Shown here piece by piece: positions 1 through 8,459 of a stretch of DNA of 32,000 bases (its first letter is position 1; each line of letters starts with the position of its first letter). The position numbers were made by a program, and so were the translations under genes. The stretch covers positions 510,001-542,000 of the forward strand of contig CP061211.1 of the NCBI GenBank assembly GCA_026016245.1, written 5' to 3'. The notes under the pieces are model-generated. The model ran no database searches. It saw only the letters and a list, made by a program, of their open reading frames with translations, and was not told the origin of the DNA. This stretch comes from Candidatus Pacearchaeota archaeon (GTDB lineage Archaea > Nanobdellota > Nanobdellia > Pacearchaeales > UBA284).

Positions 1-485
1 CCTGTTCTTTGTGCAATATCACTATAAGTTACTTTTTCTAGCTCTTCTTCTAATGTATAGAGAACTGAGAAGATCAGGAATTCTTTGTTTGTTAATGTTT
101 TGAATTTTTCTCCTAGATCCTGTCTTAATGTGTCAAGAATATCAGAAAGCTGGTTGATTTCTTGTGAATATTCTGGCCTCTTAGAAGCTGTTTCAGGAGT
201 TCGTTTTAATGGTGTTATTTGTCTGTCGTATGTGTGCTGTCTGTCTGCTGGAACCCCTTCATTTCCTATGGAACTCTGGAAATTTGCTTGTTTTAGGCTG
301 TAATTCATTAGATTATCTGCCGTATTATGTGTCGTATGTCTGGCTTGTGCTGGAGGTGTGCTGGATAATAGAATTCGCTTAATTTCCTCAATTTCTTGTT
401 TAAGAATCATAATTTCTTGTTGAAAAAAAAGCATGTCTTCTTTGATTTTTGAGAAAGATTCTCTAACTTTATTTTCATCTATCAT
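1..485 (-). CDS. DNA-binding protein with an N-terminal coiled coil and a winged-helix-like C-terminal part. It is partial: the 3' end runs off the window, and it is absent from the ORF track.
   Basis: ATG at 485-483 (minus strand) opens a frame with no stop down to position 1. Translation: MIDENKVRESFSKIKEDMLFFQQEIMILKQEIEEIKRILL ... KEFLIFSVLYTLEEELEKVTYSDIAQRT. The N-terminus is heptad-like, followed by a low-complexity linker and an HTH-like segment. The plus-strand ORF 85..303 looks like its shadow. Confidence 0.5.
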   Translation of the reverse strand, partial: MIDENKVRESFSKIKEDMLFFQQEIMILKQEIEEIKRILLSSTPPAQARHTTHNTADNLMNYSLKQANFQSSIGNEGVPADRQHTYDRQITPLKRTPETASKRPEYSQEINQLSDILDTLRQDLGEKFKTLTNKEFLIFSVLYTLEEELEKVTYSDIAQRT

Positions 486-527
486 TTTAGTTAGGGATAT
501 GTTAAGTAATTTAAATAGATTTTTGTG

Positions 528-836
528 TTATAAAATCCTAGAATCAATTATAAATTTCTGGCTGGCATTATTGATCTTTTTGTAGGCATCATAGACTTTT
601 GAATCTAAGCGCCACCTTATGCGTCTGCTATAGTCCTGACCTTTTGGATTCTTTTTTATTGCTATGACCAAGCCCTTAGCCTCTAGTCCAAGAAGCAGCT
701 TTTTCATGTATTCTTCATCTCTGGCCAGTTCTTGAGCTATACGGCATGTGAAAAGGGCTTTTGGGGAGTGTTGGAAAAGGAAATGAAGTATTGATTCTTT
801 TATCTTTTCCTCTTTTCTTATTGATATTCTTGGCAT
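528..836 (-). CDS. Small winged-helix transcriptional regulator
   Basis: 102 aa. The segment ILHFLFQHSPKALFTCRIAQELARDEEYMKKLLLGLEAKGLVIAIKK fits a helix-turn-helix plus wing pattern of the MarR/TrmB-like small archaeal wHTH type. Confidence 0.55.
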   Translation of the reverse strand: MPRISIRKEEKIKESILHFLFQHSPKALFTCRIAQELARDEEYMKKLLLGLEAKGLVIAIKKNPKGQDYSRRIRWRLDSKVYDAYKKINNASQKFIIDSRIL

Positions 837-886
837 GTTTCTGTTTATGTAAAAATGTTTATAAAGATTATTGTGTTCTTCGGTTT

Positions 887-1795
887 ATGATTTCAAAAGA
901 AGTGACTAGGAGAGCGTTTCTAAAGTATATGATTGCAGGAGGGGCTGCTTTAGCTGCTAAACCTTCATTATTATGGGGTGAGACACTTGAAGATAAAATT
1001 AAAAGAAGAAGAATTGATGCCTTGCATCCTGGTCCAAGAGGACAACATATTGCAGGCTATCGGTTTCCTCTTAAGATTAAAGATAAGATTTTTCCTTATA
1101 TGAAAGGCGAGGAAATAAAATTTAATGTGCGTTTTGAGTATTTTCAGGGCCCAAAAGGTGTTGGAGGAGCTTTAAGGACTTTTGTTTATTTAGATGAAAA
1201 AGATTGGTATTCTAGAAAAGCTATACGCAATCTTAAACTCATATTCTATAGTACAAAGAAAACAAGTGTATCAAAAGAGATATATGAAGTTAATGTGGAT
1301 CGGCATAAAGGAAGAGTAACACACTGTTCTCTTGATTATGTCATACTTCCAGGAGATTATTTTGCTAAAAAATTTGAGAGTAGTGTTTACACAATTTTAA
1401 AAAAAGCGAAAATAAACAAGAAGGATATAAAAAAGGTGTTTTGGGTAAAAGATTTATTTGAAGATATCAAGGATCAGGATTTATTGGAAAAGATTATTGA
1501 AAAAGGTAATGATATAACTGGCCAAAGTGTGCATATAAAAACTGCTGATTATAATGGTTTTGGTCTTCTTGATGATAATCTTCTGAATGGAGAGAAAAGA
1601 AATCCAAAACTAGTGAGGGTTGAGTTGTTGAGAGGCGATCAGAGTGTTGAAGCAGTGGGTATTATTCTTAAGGTTGTTGATTTCAGGGAGACTAAAATGG
1701 GCACAGGAAATTTATTTGGTAGTGCTGATTATTTCTTTGACTTTAATGTGAAAAAACTTAGTAAAGACATAAATATTCCAAAAGGGGAAGATTAA
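887..1795 (+). CDS. Secreted protein of unknown function with a twin-arginine (Tat) signal peptide
   Basis: The internal ATG at 887 gives MISKEVTRRAFLKYMIAGGAALAAKPS. TRRAFLK matches the (S/T)RRxFLK Tat consensus exactly and is followed by a hydrophobic h-region. A TATA-like tttataa lies about 25 nt upstream. The track ORF start at 761 overlaps the divergent gene 528..836 and is rejected. Confidence 0.6.
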   Translation: MISKEVTRRAFLKYMIAGGAALAAKPSLLWGETLEDKIKRRRIDALHPGPRGQHIAGYRFPLKIKDKIFPYMKGEEIKFNVRFEYFQGPKGVGGALRTFVYLDEKDWYSRKAIRNLKLIFYSTKKTSVSKEIYEVNVDRHKGRVTHCSLDYVILPGDYFAKKFESSVYTILKKAKINKKDIKKVFWVKDLFEDIKDQDLLEKIIEKGNDITGQSVHIKTADYNGFGLLDDNLLNGEKRNPKLVRVELLRGDQSVEAVGIILKVVDFRETKMGTGNLFGSADYFFDFNVKKLSKDINIPKGED

Positions 1796-3120
1796 ACAAG
1801 ATCTTTAAGCTCTTCTTTGTAAATGCTCAGAATTTTTGGTTTTAATTTTGATGGAATTCTTGAAGCATAGATTCTAAAGAATTTTTTTCTTAGTTCATCT
1901 TCTCTTGTTAGGGCTTCTTTTAGATATTTTTTCCTGAATTTATCTATAATATATCCTTTTTCTTTATTTCTTAAGGCAAATAAAAGCATTAAAAGTTCTT
2001 GTTCTTTTGAGAAAATTAAGTCATAAATAGTTGGACATTTTGGATTAAATAGGGTATAGTGTTTTCTGTTTTTTTTGCTGAAAAATTTTCTCAGACCCAC
2101 TCTTCTTGGATTTATTCCGAAGGCAGTCATGAATAAAGAGCAACCCATACAAGAACTACAATCATGACACCATCTCTTTCTTGTTGAAGCATCTAAACCA
2201 TAACAAGAATGCTGGTATTTTGCTATGTTTGGATATCTAGAATGAAGGATTTTTGTTATTGCTAAATCTGTTATAGGCCTAATTACACTAAAAACTTTAA
2301 CATCTGCGAATTCTTTTACCATTTTATCTAACTTTTTTGTCCATTCTGTTGTTTGATCATAAGAAGGATAAATTTTCTCTCCATTTTTTCTAATATAGAA
2401 GTCAAAATTCTTTTCATTTCCTAGAATAATATGATGGGAGTTGTAAAAATGAGCTAAAGGTAGAGCAATAAAACCAAATCCAGTTACCATATGAGCATAG
2501 TTGAGGGACATTTCTGCTCTGTTCCATGTCTCAAAATCATTTAATTTCTCAATAGAATTTGTTATGATATGCCCTTTCAGATTATTTTCTTTTGTTAGTT
2601 TCTTCATGAATTTTATCTTTAGTTTATTTTCAGAAGGTGAGACAGTATCATTAATATGTAAGGCTATAGGATTTAAGCTGATTTCTTTGGCTATTGCTAG
2701 ACTAAGAAGACTATCCTTTCCAAATGAAAGAAGGGAAATAGCTTCTGAATCTATTTTTATTGGTTTTTTTGTTTTAATTGGTTTTTTAGAGAAATTTATT
2801 TTTAGAGAGAGAAATTGTTTTTTATATTTTTTAAGATCTTGTTTATATTCGAAAGTAGATGATGGAAGATCCTTTAACATCAATTTCTGGAATGGTCTTT
2901 TGAATTCTGGTTCTGGTGTATTATAGAAGATTTTTTTAAATCTTGCAACTAAAGGTAAAGGGAGAGTTAGAAGATAAGCTAGATTTCTAATTAATTTGTC
3001 TTTTTTATCATATGTTTGCCAAATTTGTTTTGGGTAGCTAAGTTCTGTATTGATTATTTTTTTATGTTTTAATTTTAGAGAAAATCCTTTTTTTGTTAGT
3101 TTGGTTGTTATCTCTGGCAT
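1792..3120 (-). CDS. QueC/ExsB-like PP-loop ATPase (adenine nucleotide alpha-hydrolase superfamily) with long N- and C-terminal extensions
   Basis: A variant PP-loop, LLSFGKDSLLSLAI (nt 2710-2727), is present. A QueC-like zinc motif, SCY-x11-CHDCSSCMGC, lies at nt 2140-2205. The core between them is about 210 aa, the size of QueC. The ATG at 3120 is preferred over the TTG at 3141 used by the track. Confidence 0.45.
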   Translation of the reverse strand: MPEITTKLTKKGFSLKLKHKKIINTELSYPKQIWQTYDKKDKLIRNLAYLLTLPLPLVARFKKIFYNTPEPEFKRPFQKLMLKDLPSSTFEYKQDLKKYKKQFLSLKINFSKKPIKTKKPIKIDSEAISLLSFGKDSLLSLAIAKEISLNPIALHINDTVSPSENKLKIKFMKKLTKENNLKGHIITNSIEKLNDFETWNRAEMSLNYAHMVTGFGFIALPLAHFYNSHHIILGNEKNFDFYIRKNGEKIYPSYDQTTEWTKKLDKMVKEFADVKVFSVIRPITDLAITKILHSRYPNIAKYQHSCYGLDASTRKRWCHDCSSCMGCSLFMTAFGINPRRVGLRKFFSKKNRKHYTLFNPKCPTIYDLIFSKEQELLMLLFALRNKEKGYIIDKFRKKYLKEALTREDELRKKFFRIYASRIPSKLKPKILSIYKEELKDLV

Positions 3121-3210
3121 GTTTAAATCAAGATAGAACAATTTAAAATATTTCTTATCCTATAGTTTTATAAATATTTATGAAATATAAATTGGGCTAA
3201 GGGAAGTAAA

Positions 3211-5844
3211 ATGATTAAAAAAGCTGATTTGAGAAGCAGGGAGAAAATTTTGCAAGCTCTAGACCCAATTGTAAAAGAATGGTTCTTTTCTCAATTCAAG
3301 GAATTTAGCATGCCTCAGCTTTATGGGGTTATGCCAATCTATGAGAGGAAGAATATTCTGATTTCTGCGCCAACTGGTGGAACAAAAACATTAACTGCTT
3401 TTTTATCTATAATTAATTATCTTGTAATTCTTGCTAGGAAAAATGAGTTAGAAGATAAGGTATATTGTGTTTATATCTCACCACTTAAGGCCTTGAGTAA
3501 TGATATTTACATTAATCTTGAGAAGCCTTTAAGTGAGATTAAAGAGTTGGCTAAGAAAAAAGGTGTGAAATTACAGAATATAAAAGTAAGTGTAAGGACA
3601 GGTGATACTGCAGTAGAAGAAAAAGCTAAGATGTTGAAAAAGCCGCCACATATCTTGATTACAACTCCTGAAAGCTTGGCCATAGTTCTTTCAAGTAAAA
3701 AGTTTATTGAAAAATTAAGTGCTGTTGAATATCTGATTATTGATGAAATTCATGCTCTTGCTTGCAACAAAAGAGGTGTTCATTTAAATTTAAGTGTTGA
3801 AAGACTTGAAAATTTGTCTTGTATTGTTCCTGTACGTGTTGGTTTAAGTGCTACGATTGCTCCTATTGAAGAAATTGCAAAATATTTGGTTGGTTATGAA
3901 AAGAAAAATGGGGAATGGAAAGTAAAAGATTGTCTTATTGCCGATGTTCATTTTGTTAAGAAAACTGATTTGAAAGCTTTAAGTCCTATTCCTGATTTAA
4001 TTGATACAACTGCTGAAGAAATGAAAAAGGGTTTGTATTCTTTGCTTGATGATTTAATACAGAAACACAAGACAACCCTAATCTTTACAAATACAAGATC
4101 TGCAACAGAGAGAGTTATAAATCATCTTAAAGAGATGTTTCCAAAAAATTATCAAACTTTGGAAGAAAAAATTGGAGCACATCATTCCTCATTAAGCAAG
4201 GCTTTGAGATTTAAGATTGAACAGCAATTAAGAGAAGGAAAATTAAAGGCTGTTGTTACAAGCACTAGTCTTGAGCTTGGAATAGATATTGGTTATATTG
4301 ACCTTGTTATTTTATTAGGAAGTCCAAAATCAATTGCAAAAGCATTACAGAGAACAGGGAGGGCTGGCCATAGAATGCATAGTATCAGCAAGGGCCGTTT
4401 AGTTGTTTTGGATAGAGATGATCTTGTTGAGTGTGCTGTTATGTTAAAAGATGCTTTGGAAAAGAAGATTGATAGAATACAAATTCCTAAAAACAGTTTG
4501 GATGTTCTCTCTCAACAAATTTATGGGATGGCTATACAAAAGAAGTGGAATGTTGATGAACTTTTTGAGTTGATAAAAAAAAGTTATTGTTATCATGAAT
4601 TAAGCAGGGAAGATTTTCTTTCTGTTTTAAGTTATCTGGCTGGTGAGTATAGTGGATTAGAAACAAAAAATGTTTATGGAAAGATATGGTATGATTTAAA
4701 AACAAAGGAGTTGGGGAAGAGGGGAAGGCTAGCAAGAATGATTTATATGACAAATATTGGCACAATTCCAGAGGAAAGCTATGTTAATGTTATTATTGCA
4801 CATCCTAGAGAAAGAAGAGATGAAAAGATTGGTATGATTGATGAGGCTTTTTTAGAACGCTTAAAAAAAGGAGATGTTTTTGTTCTTGGTGGCTCTAAGT
4901 ATCAGTTTTTATATAGTCGTGGAATGAATGCTTATGTTAATTCCTCTGTTTACAGGCCTCCAACAATTCCTTCTTGGTTTTCAGAGATGCTGCCCCTCAG
5001 TTTTGATCTTGCTTGCTCTATACAACATTTTAGAAAATTAATAGATGATCTGTTTAGGAAAAAGAAGAATGAAAAAGAAATCAAGAATTTTATTAACTCT
5101 TATCTTTATCTTGACAAAAAAGCTGTTAATGCTATTTATAATTATTTTTATGAGCAGTATCATTATGCCAAAATTCCTCATGAAAAAAGGTTTTTGATTG
5201 AAAGATGGAAGGATGAGAATAACAAACAGTATGTAATCTTTCATTCTCTTTACGGCAGAAGGATTAATGATGCTTTGTCTAGGGCTGTGGCTTATCTTGT
5301 GGCTAAACACGGAAGAAGGGATGTTGAGATAGGAATTAGTGATAATGGTTTTTATATTGCAAGCTATCATCCAATGCAAGCTGAAAAAGCTCTCAAGCTT
5401 TTGTCTGAAAAGCCTGAATCTTTGCGTAAAGTTCTTGAAGATGCTGTAGAGAGGACTGAAGTTTTTAAAAGAAGATTCAGACATTGTGCCACAAGAAGTT
5501 TAATGATCTTAAGAAGATATAAAGGCAAGGGTAAAACAGTTGGCAAGCAGCAAATGAAATCTGTTTTCTTGTTAGGCGCTGTAAAAAAAATATCACAAAA
5601 CTTTCCTATTTTAAAAGAAACAAGGCGTGAGATCTTAGAAGATTTGATGGATGTGGAGAATGCCATACAACTTTTGAGTGGAATAAAAAACAAGAAAATT
5701 AATGTAGAAACAATTTATGTTGATCTTCCTAGTCCTTTTTCATTTAACTTGATAACACAAGGACATTTTGATTTGATGAAGATTGAGAACAAAATTGAAT
5801 TTTTGAAGAGGATGCACAAAGCTGTTTTAGAAAGAATAAAATAA
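3211..5844 (+). CDS. lhr: Lhr-type ATP-dependent DEAD/DEAH-box helicase (Lhr-core)
   Basis: 877 aa. Motif I is ISAPTGGTKTLTAF, motif II is IIDEIHALA and motif VI is QRTGRAGHR. A long C-terminal DEAD-associated region typical of Lhr follows. Confidence 0.85.
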   Translation: MIKKADLRSREKILQALDPIVKEWFFSQFKEFSMPQLYGVMPIYERKNILISAPTGGTKTLTAFLSIINYLVILARKNELEDKVYCVYISPLKALSNDIYINLEKPLSEIKELAKKKGVKLQNIKVSVRTGDTAVEEKAKMLKKPPHILITTPESLAIVLSSKKFIEKLSAVEYLIIDEIHALACNKRGVHLNLSVERLENLSCIVPVRVGLSATIAPIEEIAKYLVGYEKKNGEWKVKDCLIADVHFVKKTDLKALSPIPDLIDTTAEEMKKGLYSLLDDLIQKHKTTLIFTNTRSATERVINHLKEMFPKNYQTLEEKIGAHHSSLSKALRFKIEQQLREGKLKAVVTSTSLELGIDIGYIDLVILLGSPKSIAKALQRTGRAGHRMHSISKGRLVVLDRDDLVECAVMLKDALEKKIDRIQIPKNSLDVLSQQIYGMAIQKKWNVDELFELIKKSYCYHELSREDFLSVLSYLAGEYSGLETKNVYGKIWYDLKTKELGKRGRLARMIYMTNIGTIPEESYVNVIIAHPRERRDEKIGMIDEAFLERLKKGDVFVLGGSKYQFLYSRGMNAYVNSSVYRPPTIPSWFSEMLPLSFDLACSIQHFRKLIDDLFRKKKNEKEIKNFINSYLYLDKKAVNAIYNYFYEQYHYAKIPHEKRFLIERWKDENNKQYVIFHSLYGRRINDALSRAVAYLVAKHGRRDVEIGISDNGFYIASYHPMQAEKALKLLSEKPESLRKVLEDAVERTEVFKRRFRHCATRSLMILRRYKGKGKTVGKQQMKSVFLLGAVKKISQNFPILKETRREILEDLMDVENAIQLLSGIKNKKINVETIYVDLPSPFSFNLITQGHFDLMKIENKIEFLKRMHKAVLERIK
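5691..5801 (+). repeat. Direct repeat copy 1 (111 nt, inside the Lhr 3' end)
   Basis: Hand alignment shows it is identical, with 0 mismatches, to 11696-11806. The flanks on both sides are unrelated or diverged. Confidence 0.9.
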
Positions 5845-6750
5845 TTAAATCAAGCTGGCTGCTCCTAACAAGCCAGCATTTTCTTGCAACTTAGAGATAA
5901 CAATTTTAACTCCTTTTTGCGAAACTTTAAAAGATCTTTTTTTCATTTCTTTTATTGCTGGCTTTAAAAGCAAGTTGCCTGCTTTAGAAATGCCACCATT
6001 TATTACAATCATCTCTGGATTGAAAATATTAATAATGTTAGCTAAACCAACACCAAGATATTTTCCAACTTCACTGTAGAGTGCTATGGATTTTTTATTT
6101 CCTTTTTTTGCTTGTTGTTGCAGTTTTATTAATTGATATTGCAGCTTTTGCGGTTCAAGGCTAAATTTAAAACTTTCCTCTTTTGCAACTCTAGCTATTC
6201 CTCTTGCTGAAACAAACTCTTCGAGACAGCCATGATTGCCACAATGACATTTTGGCCCATTTAAATCAATGGCCATATGGCCAAGTTCACCAGCGGTACC
6301 TTGGCCATGATAAATTTTACCATCTATAATAATACCGCTGCCAACTCCTGTTCCGAGACTTAAGCAAATTAAATTCTCGCAATGAAAGAAATGACTTTCA
6401 GCAAGAGCAGCACAATTTGTATCATTTTCTATTCTGGTTTTTAATTTAAACTTTTTTTCAATTATTCTTTTGATAGGAACATTTTTCCAGCCAGGCAAAT
6501 TTGGTGGCTGAAATACAATACCTTTTTCAGAATCAAGAGGGCCCGGCATACCAAGAGCTGTTCCAAGAATGTTTTTTTTATTAAGACCTTCAAGAAGCAA
6601 CGATATAATAGAAAAAATTCTTTTTATAACAAATTTTTTTCCTTTTTTTGCCTTAGTTGAAAATTTTATTTTTTTAATAATTTTATTATTTTGAATTAAA
6701 GCTCCTGCTATTTTAGTTCCACCAACATCTAATGCAATAACATAACTCAT
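5845..6750 (-). CDS. glk: ROK-family glucokinase
   Basis: An N-terminal ATP-binding motif ALDVGGTKIAGAL and the ROK zinc motif CHCGNHGCLEEF are present. The gene is 301 aa. Confidence 0.85.
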   Translation of the reverse strand: MSYVIALDVGGTKIAGALIQNNKIIKKIKFSTKAKKGKKFVIKRIFSIISLLLEGLNKKNILGTALGMPGPLDSEKGIVFQPPNLPGWKNVPIKRIIEKKFKLKTRIENDTNCAALAESHFFHCENLICLSLGTGVGSGIIIDGKIYHGQGTAGELGHMAIDLNGPKCHCGNHGCLEEFVSARGIARVAKEESFKFSLEPQKLQYQLIKLQQQAKKGNKKSIALYSEVGKYLGVGLANIINIFNPEMIVINGGISKAGNLLLKPAIKEMKKRSFKVSQKGVKIVISKLQENAGLLGAASLI

Positions 6751-6751
6751 C

Positions 6752-7228
6752 TTAGAATTTTTTTCTAAAACTTTTTTTTTCTATTTTTTTATAAGAATGG
6801 CCAGCTTTGGCTAGCTGAATTGTTAGTAGCTCTAGCCTTATTTTCCCCAGATTAACTGTTCTATGTGCTTGTTTTTTTGCAGGAAGATAATATGGCTTGT
6901 TTTTTTCTAGTTTAATTACTTCAAAATGTTTTTTATTTTGAATTAAAAGTAGGCCTTTACCTCTTAATAAAACATAAATTTCAGGATAAAGCTTAAGATG
7001 ATAATGGCCCCTAGTCATAAAATGTTCTTTTCCAATTTTGCCTGGCTCAAGAATTGTCAAACTATAATCTGTTCCTTTTTCCTGTTTTCTAAAAACGGTG
7101 TAAATTAATGGATTTTGTTTTAGTTTATTTTTTACTGCTGCCTTATCTGAAAAAAATCTTTGCATGTCACGCAACTTTATAATACTTTTTTTATTATAGT
7201 GCTTTTTAATATATTCTTTAAGTTCCAT
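6752..7228 (-). CDS. pgiA: Cupin-type glucose-6-phosphate isomerase (cPGI)
   Basis: The sequence ILEPGKIGKEHFMTRGHYHLKLYPEIYVLLRGKG, together with AHRTVNLG and AGHSY, matches the metal-binding cupin motifs of Thermococcales cPGI (TxGHxH ... HRxxN). Confidence 0.85.
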   Translation of the reverse strand: MELKEYIKKHYNKKSIIKLRDMQRFFSDKAAVKNKLKQNPLIYTVFRKQEKGTDYSLTILEPGKIGKEHFMTRGHYHLKLYPEIYVLLRGKGLLLIQNKKHFEVIKLEKNKPYYLPAKKQAHRTVNLGKIRLELLTIQLAKAGHSYKKIEKKSFRKKF

Positions 7229-7248
7229 TTTTTAAATTTTATATAATG

Positions 7249-7815
7249 CTATATATTAGCGTGTCTTTTTCTAAGTTCTTTAAAACTTTTATGTTTCTTT
7301 TTTATCATGTCTAGAATAATAGAATCAAGATAAATTAATGCTGATTGCTCAAAAAGCGAAGCAAGGGGTTCTATTTTGCCATTTAATTCTGTTTTAAGTT
7401 CAATAATGAGATCTGCTTCTTTTGCTACTTTTGATTTTGGTTTTGCTGTTATTAAAACAATAGTAGTATTCTGTTTTTTGGCTTCTTTTACTATGTCATA
7501 AGTCAAGGTAGTTTCTCCTGAGCCAGAAATTGCTACAACAAGATCTTTAGAACCAATAGCTGGTGTTATAACTTCGCCAACAACATAGCTTTCAAGACCA
7601 AACTGCCGCAAGCGCATGGCAAATGCCTGAGCAATAAGGCCGCTTCTTCCTGAACCAACTAAAAAAAGATGTCTTTTTTTAAGAAGCAAGGTAACAAATT
7701 CTTTAGTTGTTTTAATATCTATTTTATTGAGGATTTTTGTAATCTCTGTAACAATTTTTTCTGTTTCTTTCGGGGGGGCTGCCCCCTTCGAACCAGGAGA
7801 TTTCTTTTTTTTCAT
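7249..7815 (-). CDS. phi: 6-phospho-3-hexuloisomerase (PHI, SIS domain) with a Lys/Pro/Gly/Ala-rich N-terminal tail
   Basis: SIS motifs LVGSGRSGLIAQAFAMRL and VVAISGSGET are present. The start codon overlaps the hps stop (ATGA). The N-terminus reads MKKKKSPGSKGAAPPKETEK. Confidence 0.8.
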   Translation of the reverse strand: MKKKKSPGSKGAAPPKETEKIVTEITKILNKIDIKTTKEFVTLLLKKRHLFLVGSGRSGLIAQAFAMRLRQFGLESYVVGEVITPAIGSKDLVVAISGSGETTLTYDIVKEAKKQNTTIVLITAKPKSKVAKEADLIIELKTELNGKIEPLASLFEQSALIYLDSIILDMIKKKHKSFKELRKRHANI

Positions 7816-8459
7816 TTTAAAATTTCTTTTATTTTTCTAGCAATAATTTCTGGATTTTTTGCTTTTGTTATAGCTGATCCAACTATAACAATGTCTGGTT
7901 TTTCTTTTAACGCCATAATTTGCCTGGCAATTTTATCATTAATGCTTCCTGCAACAGCAATCTTCACTTTATTCTTTGTTAGTCTTTTGATATCTTTGAT
8001 ACAAGCAAGAAGATTTGTAATGCTTTTATGTAATTTTTCGTCAATTGCTCTGTGCAAGCAGATATATAATGGCCTCTTTTTGAGCTGTTTTAATTTTATG
8101 AGGATTTCTTTTTTGTTCAGGCCAATTGTATCAAGCATTACTTGTTTGTTTTTTTTAGCTGAATTTATAGCAGAAAGGATAGTTTCTTTGGGTGCAGAAA
8201 GACAAACTGTTGTAATATCTGCTCCTGCATCAAAGGCAAGCTTTGCTTCAAGAGCTCCAACATCCATTGTCTTCATATCAGCGAGAATCTTTTTTTTGGG
8301 AAATCTTTTTTTGAATGTTTTAACAATATGTAAGGATTCTTCTTTAATTAAAGGGGTTCCAGCTTCAATGATGTCAATAAACTTGGCTGTTTGATTGGCT
8401 ATTTTAATTGCTTTTTTTTTGTTTGGCATATCTAATGCAAGCTGTAACTGGATTTTCAT
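7812..8459 (-). CDS. hps: 3-hexulose-6-phosphate synthase (HPS, OMP-decarboxylase fold)
   Basis: The N-terminus MKIQLQLALDMP...IDIIEAGTPLIKEE is typical of HPS/HxlA. The gene is 215 aa and overlaps both rpiB and phi by 4 nt. Confidence 0.85.
   Translation of the reverse strand: MKIQLQLALDMPNKKKAIKIANQTAKFIDIIEAGTPLIKEESLHIVKTFKKRFPKKKILADMKTMDVGALEAKLAFDAGADITTVCLSAPKETILSAINSAKKNKQVMLDTIGLNKKEILIKLKQLKKRPLYICLHRAIDEKLHKSITNLLACIKDIKRLTKNKVKIAVAGSINDKIARQIMALKEKPDIVIVGSAITKAKNPEIIARKIKEILK

Noticed and set aside
85-303. Plus-strand 72-aa ORF from the track
   Set aside because: It lies entirely inside a longer uninterrupted minus-strand frame (485 down to 1) that has a sensible coiled-coil/HTH translation. 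The Cys/Leu/Phe-rich product looks like an antisense shadow.
761-886. N-terminal extension of the 761..1795 ORF (MGSVGKGNEV...)
   Set aside because: It overlaps the divergent gene 528..836. The internal ATG at 887 gives a perfect Tat signal right at the N-terminus and has a TATA-like box upstream.
2501-2926. 141-aa plus-strand ORF inside the PP-loop gene. Similar antisense ORFs occur at 4532..4765, 5038..5484, 5367..5693, 9007..9357, 10248..10886, 12430..12639, 13605..13847, 14116..14620, 14815..15003, 16138..16323, 19056..19410, 20126..20375, 25193..25477, 25854..26057, 27857..28108 and 29857..31671.
   Set aside because: All lie antisense to, or out of frame within, genes with strong family motifs. 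Their Phe/Leu/Ile/Ser-rich low-complexity translations are typical of shadow frames in AT-rich DNA.
7669-8394. 241-aa plus-strand ORF spanning the phi/hps region
   Set aside because: It is antisense to two well-supported genes (SIS-domain PHI and HPS) and has a hydrophobic low-complexity product. It is a shadow ORF.
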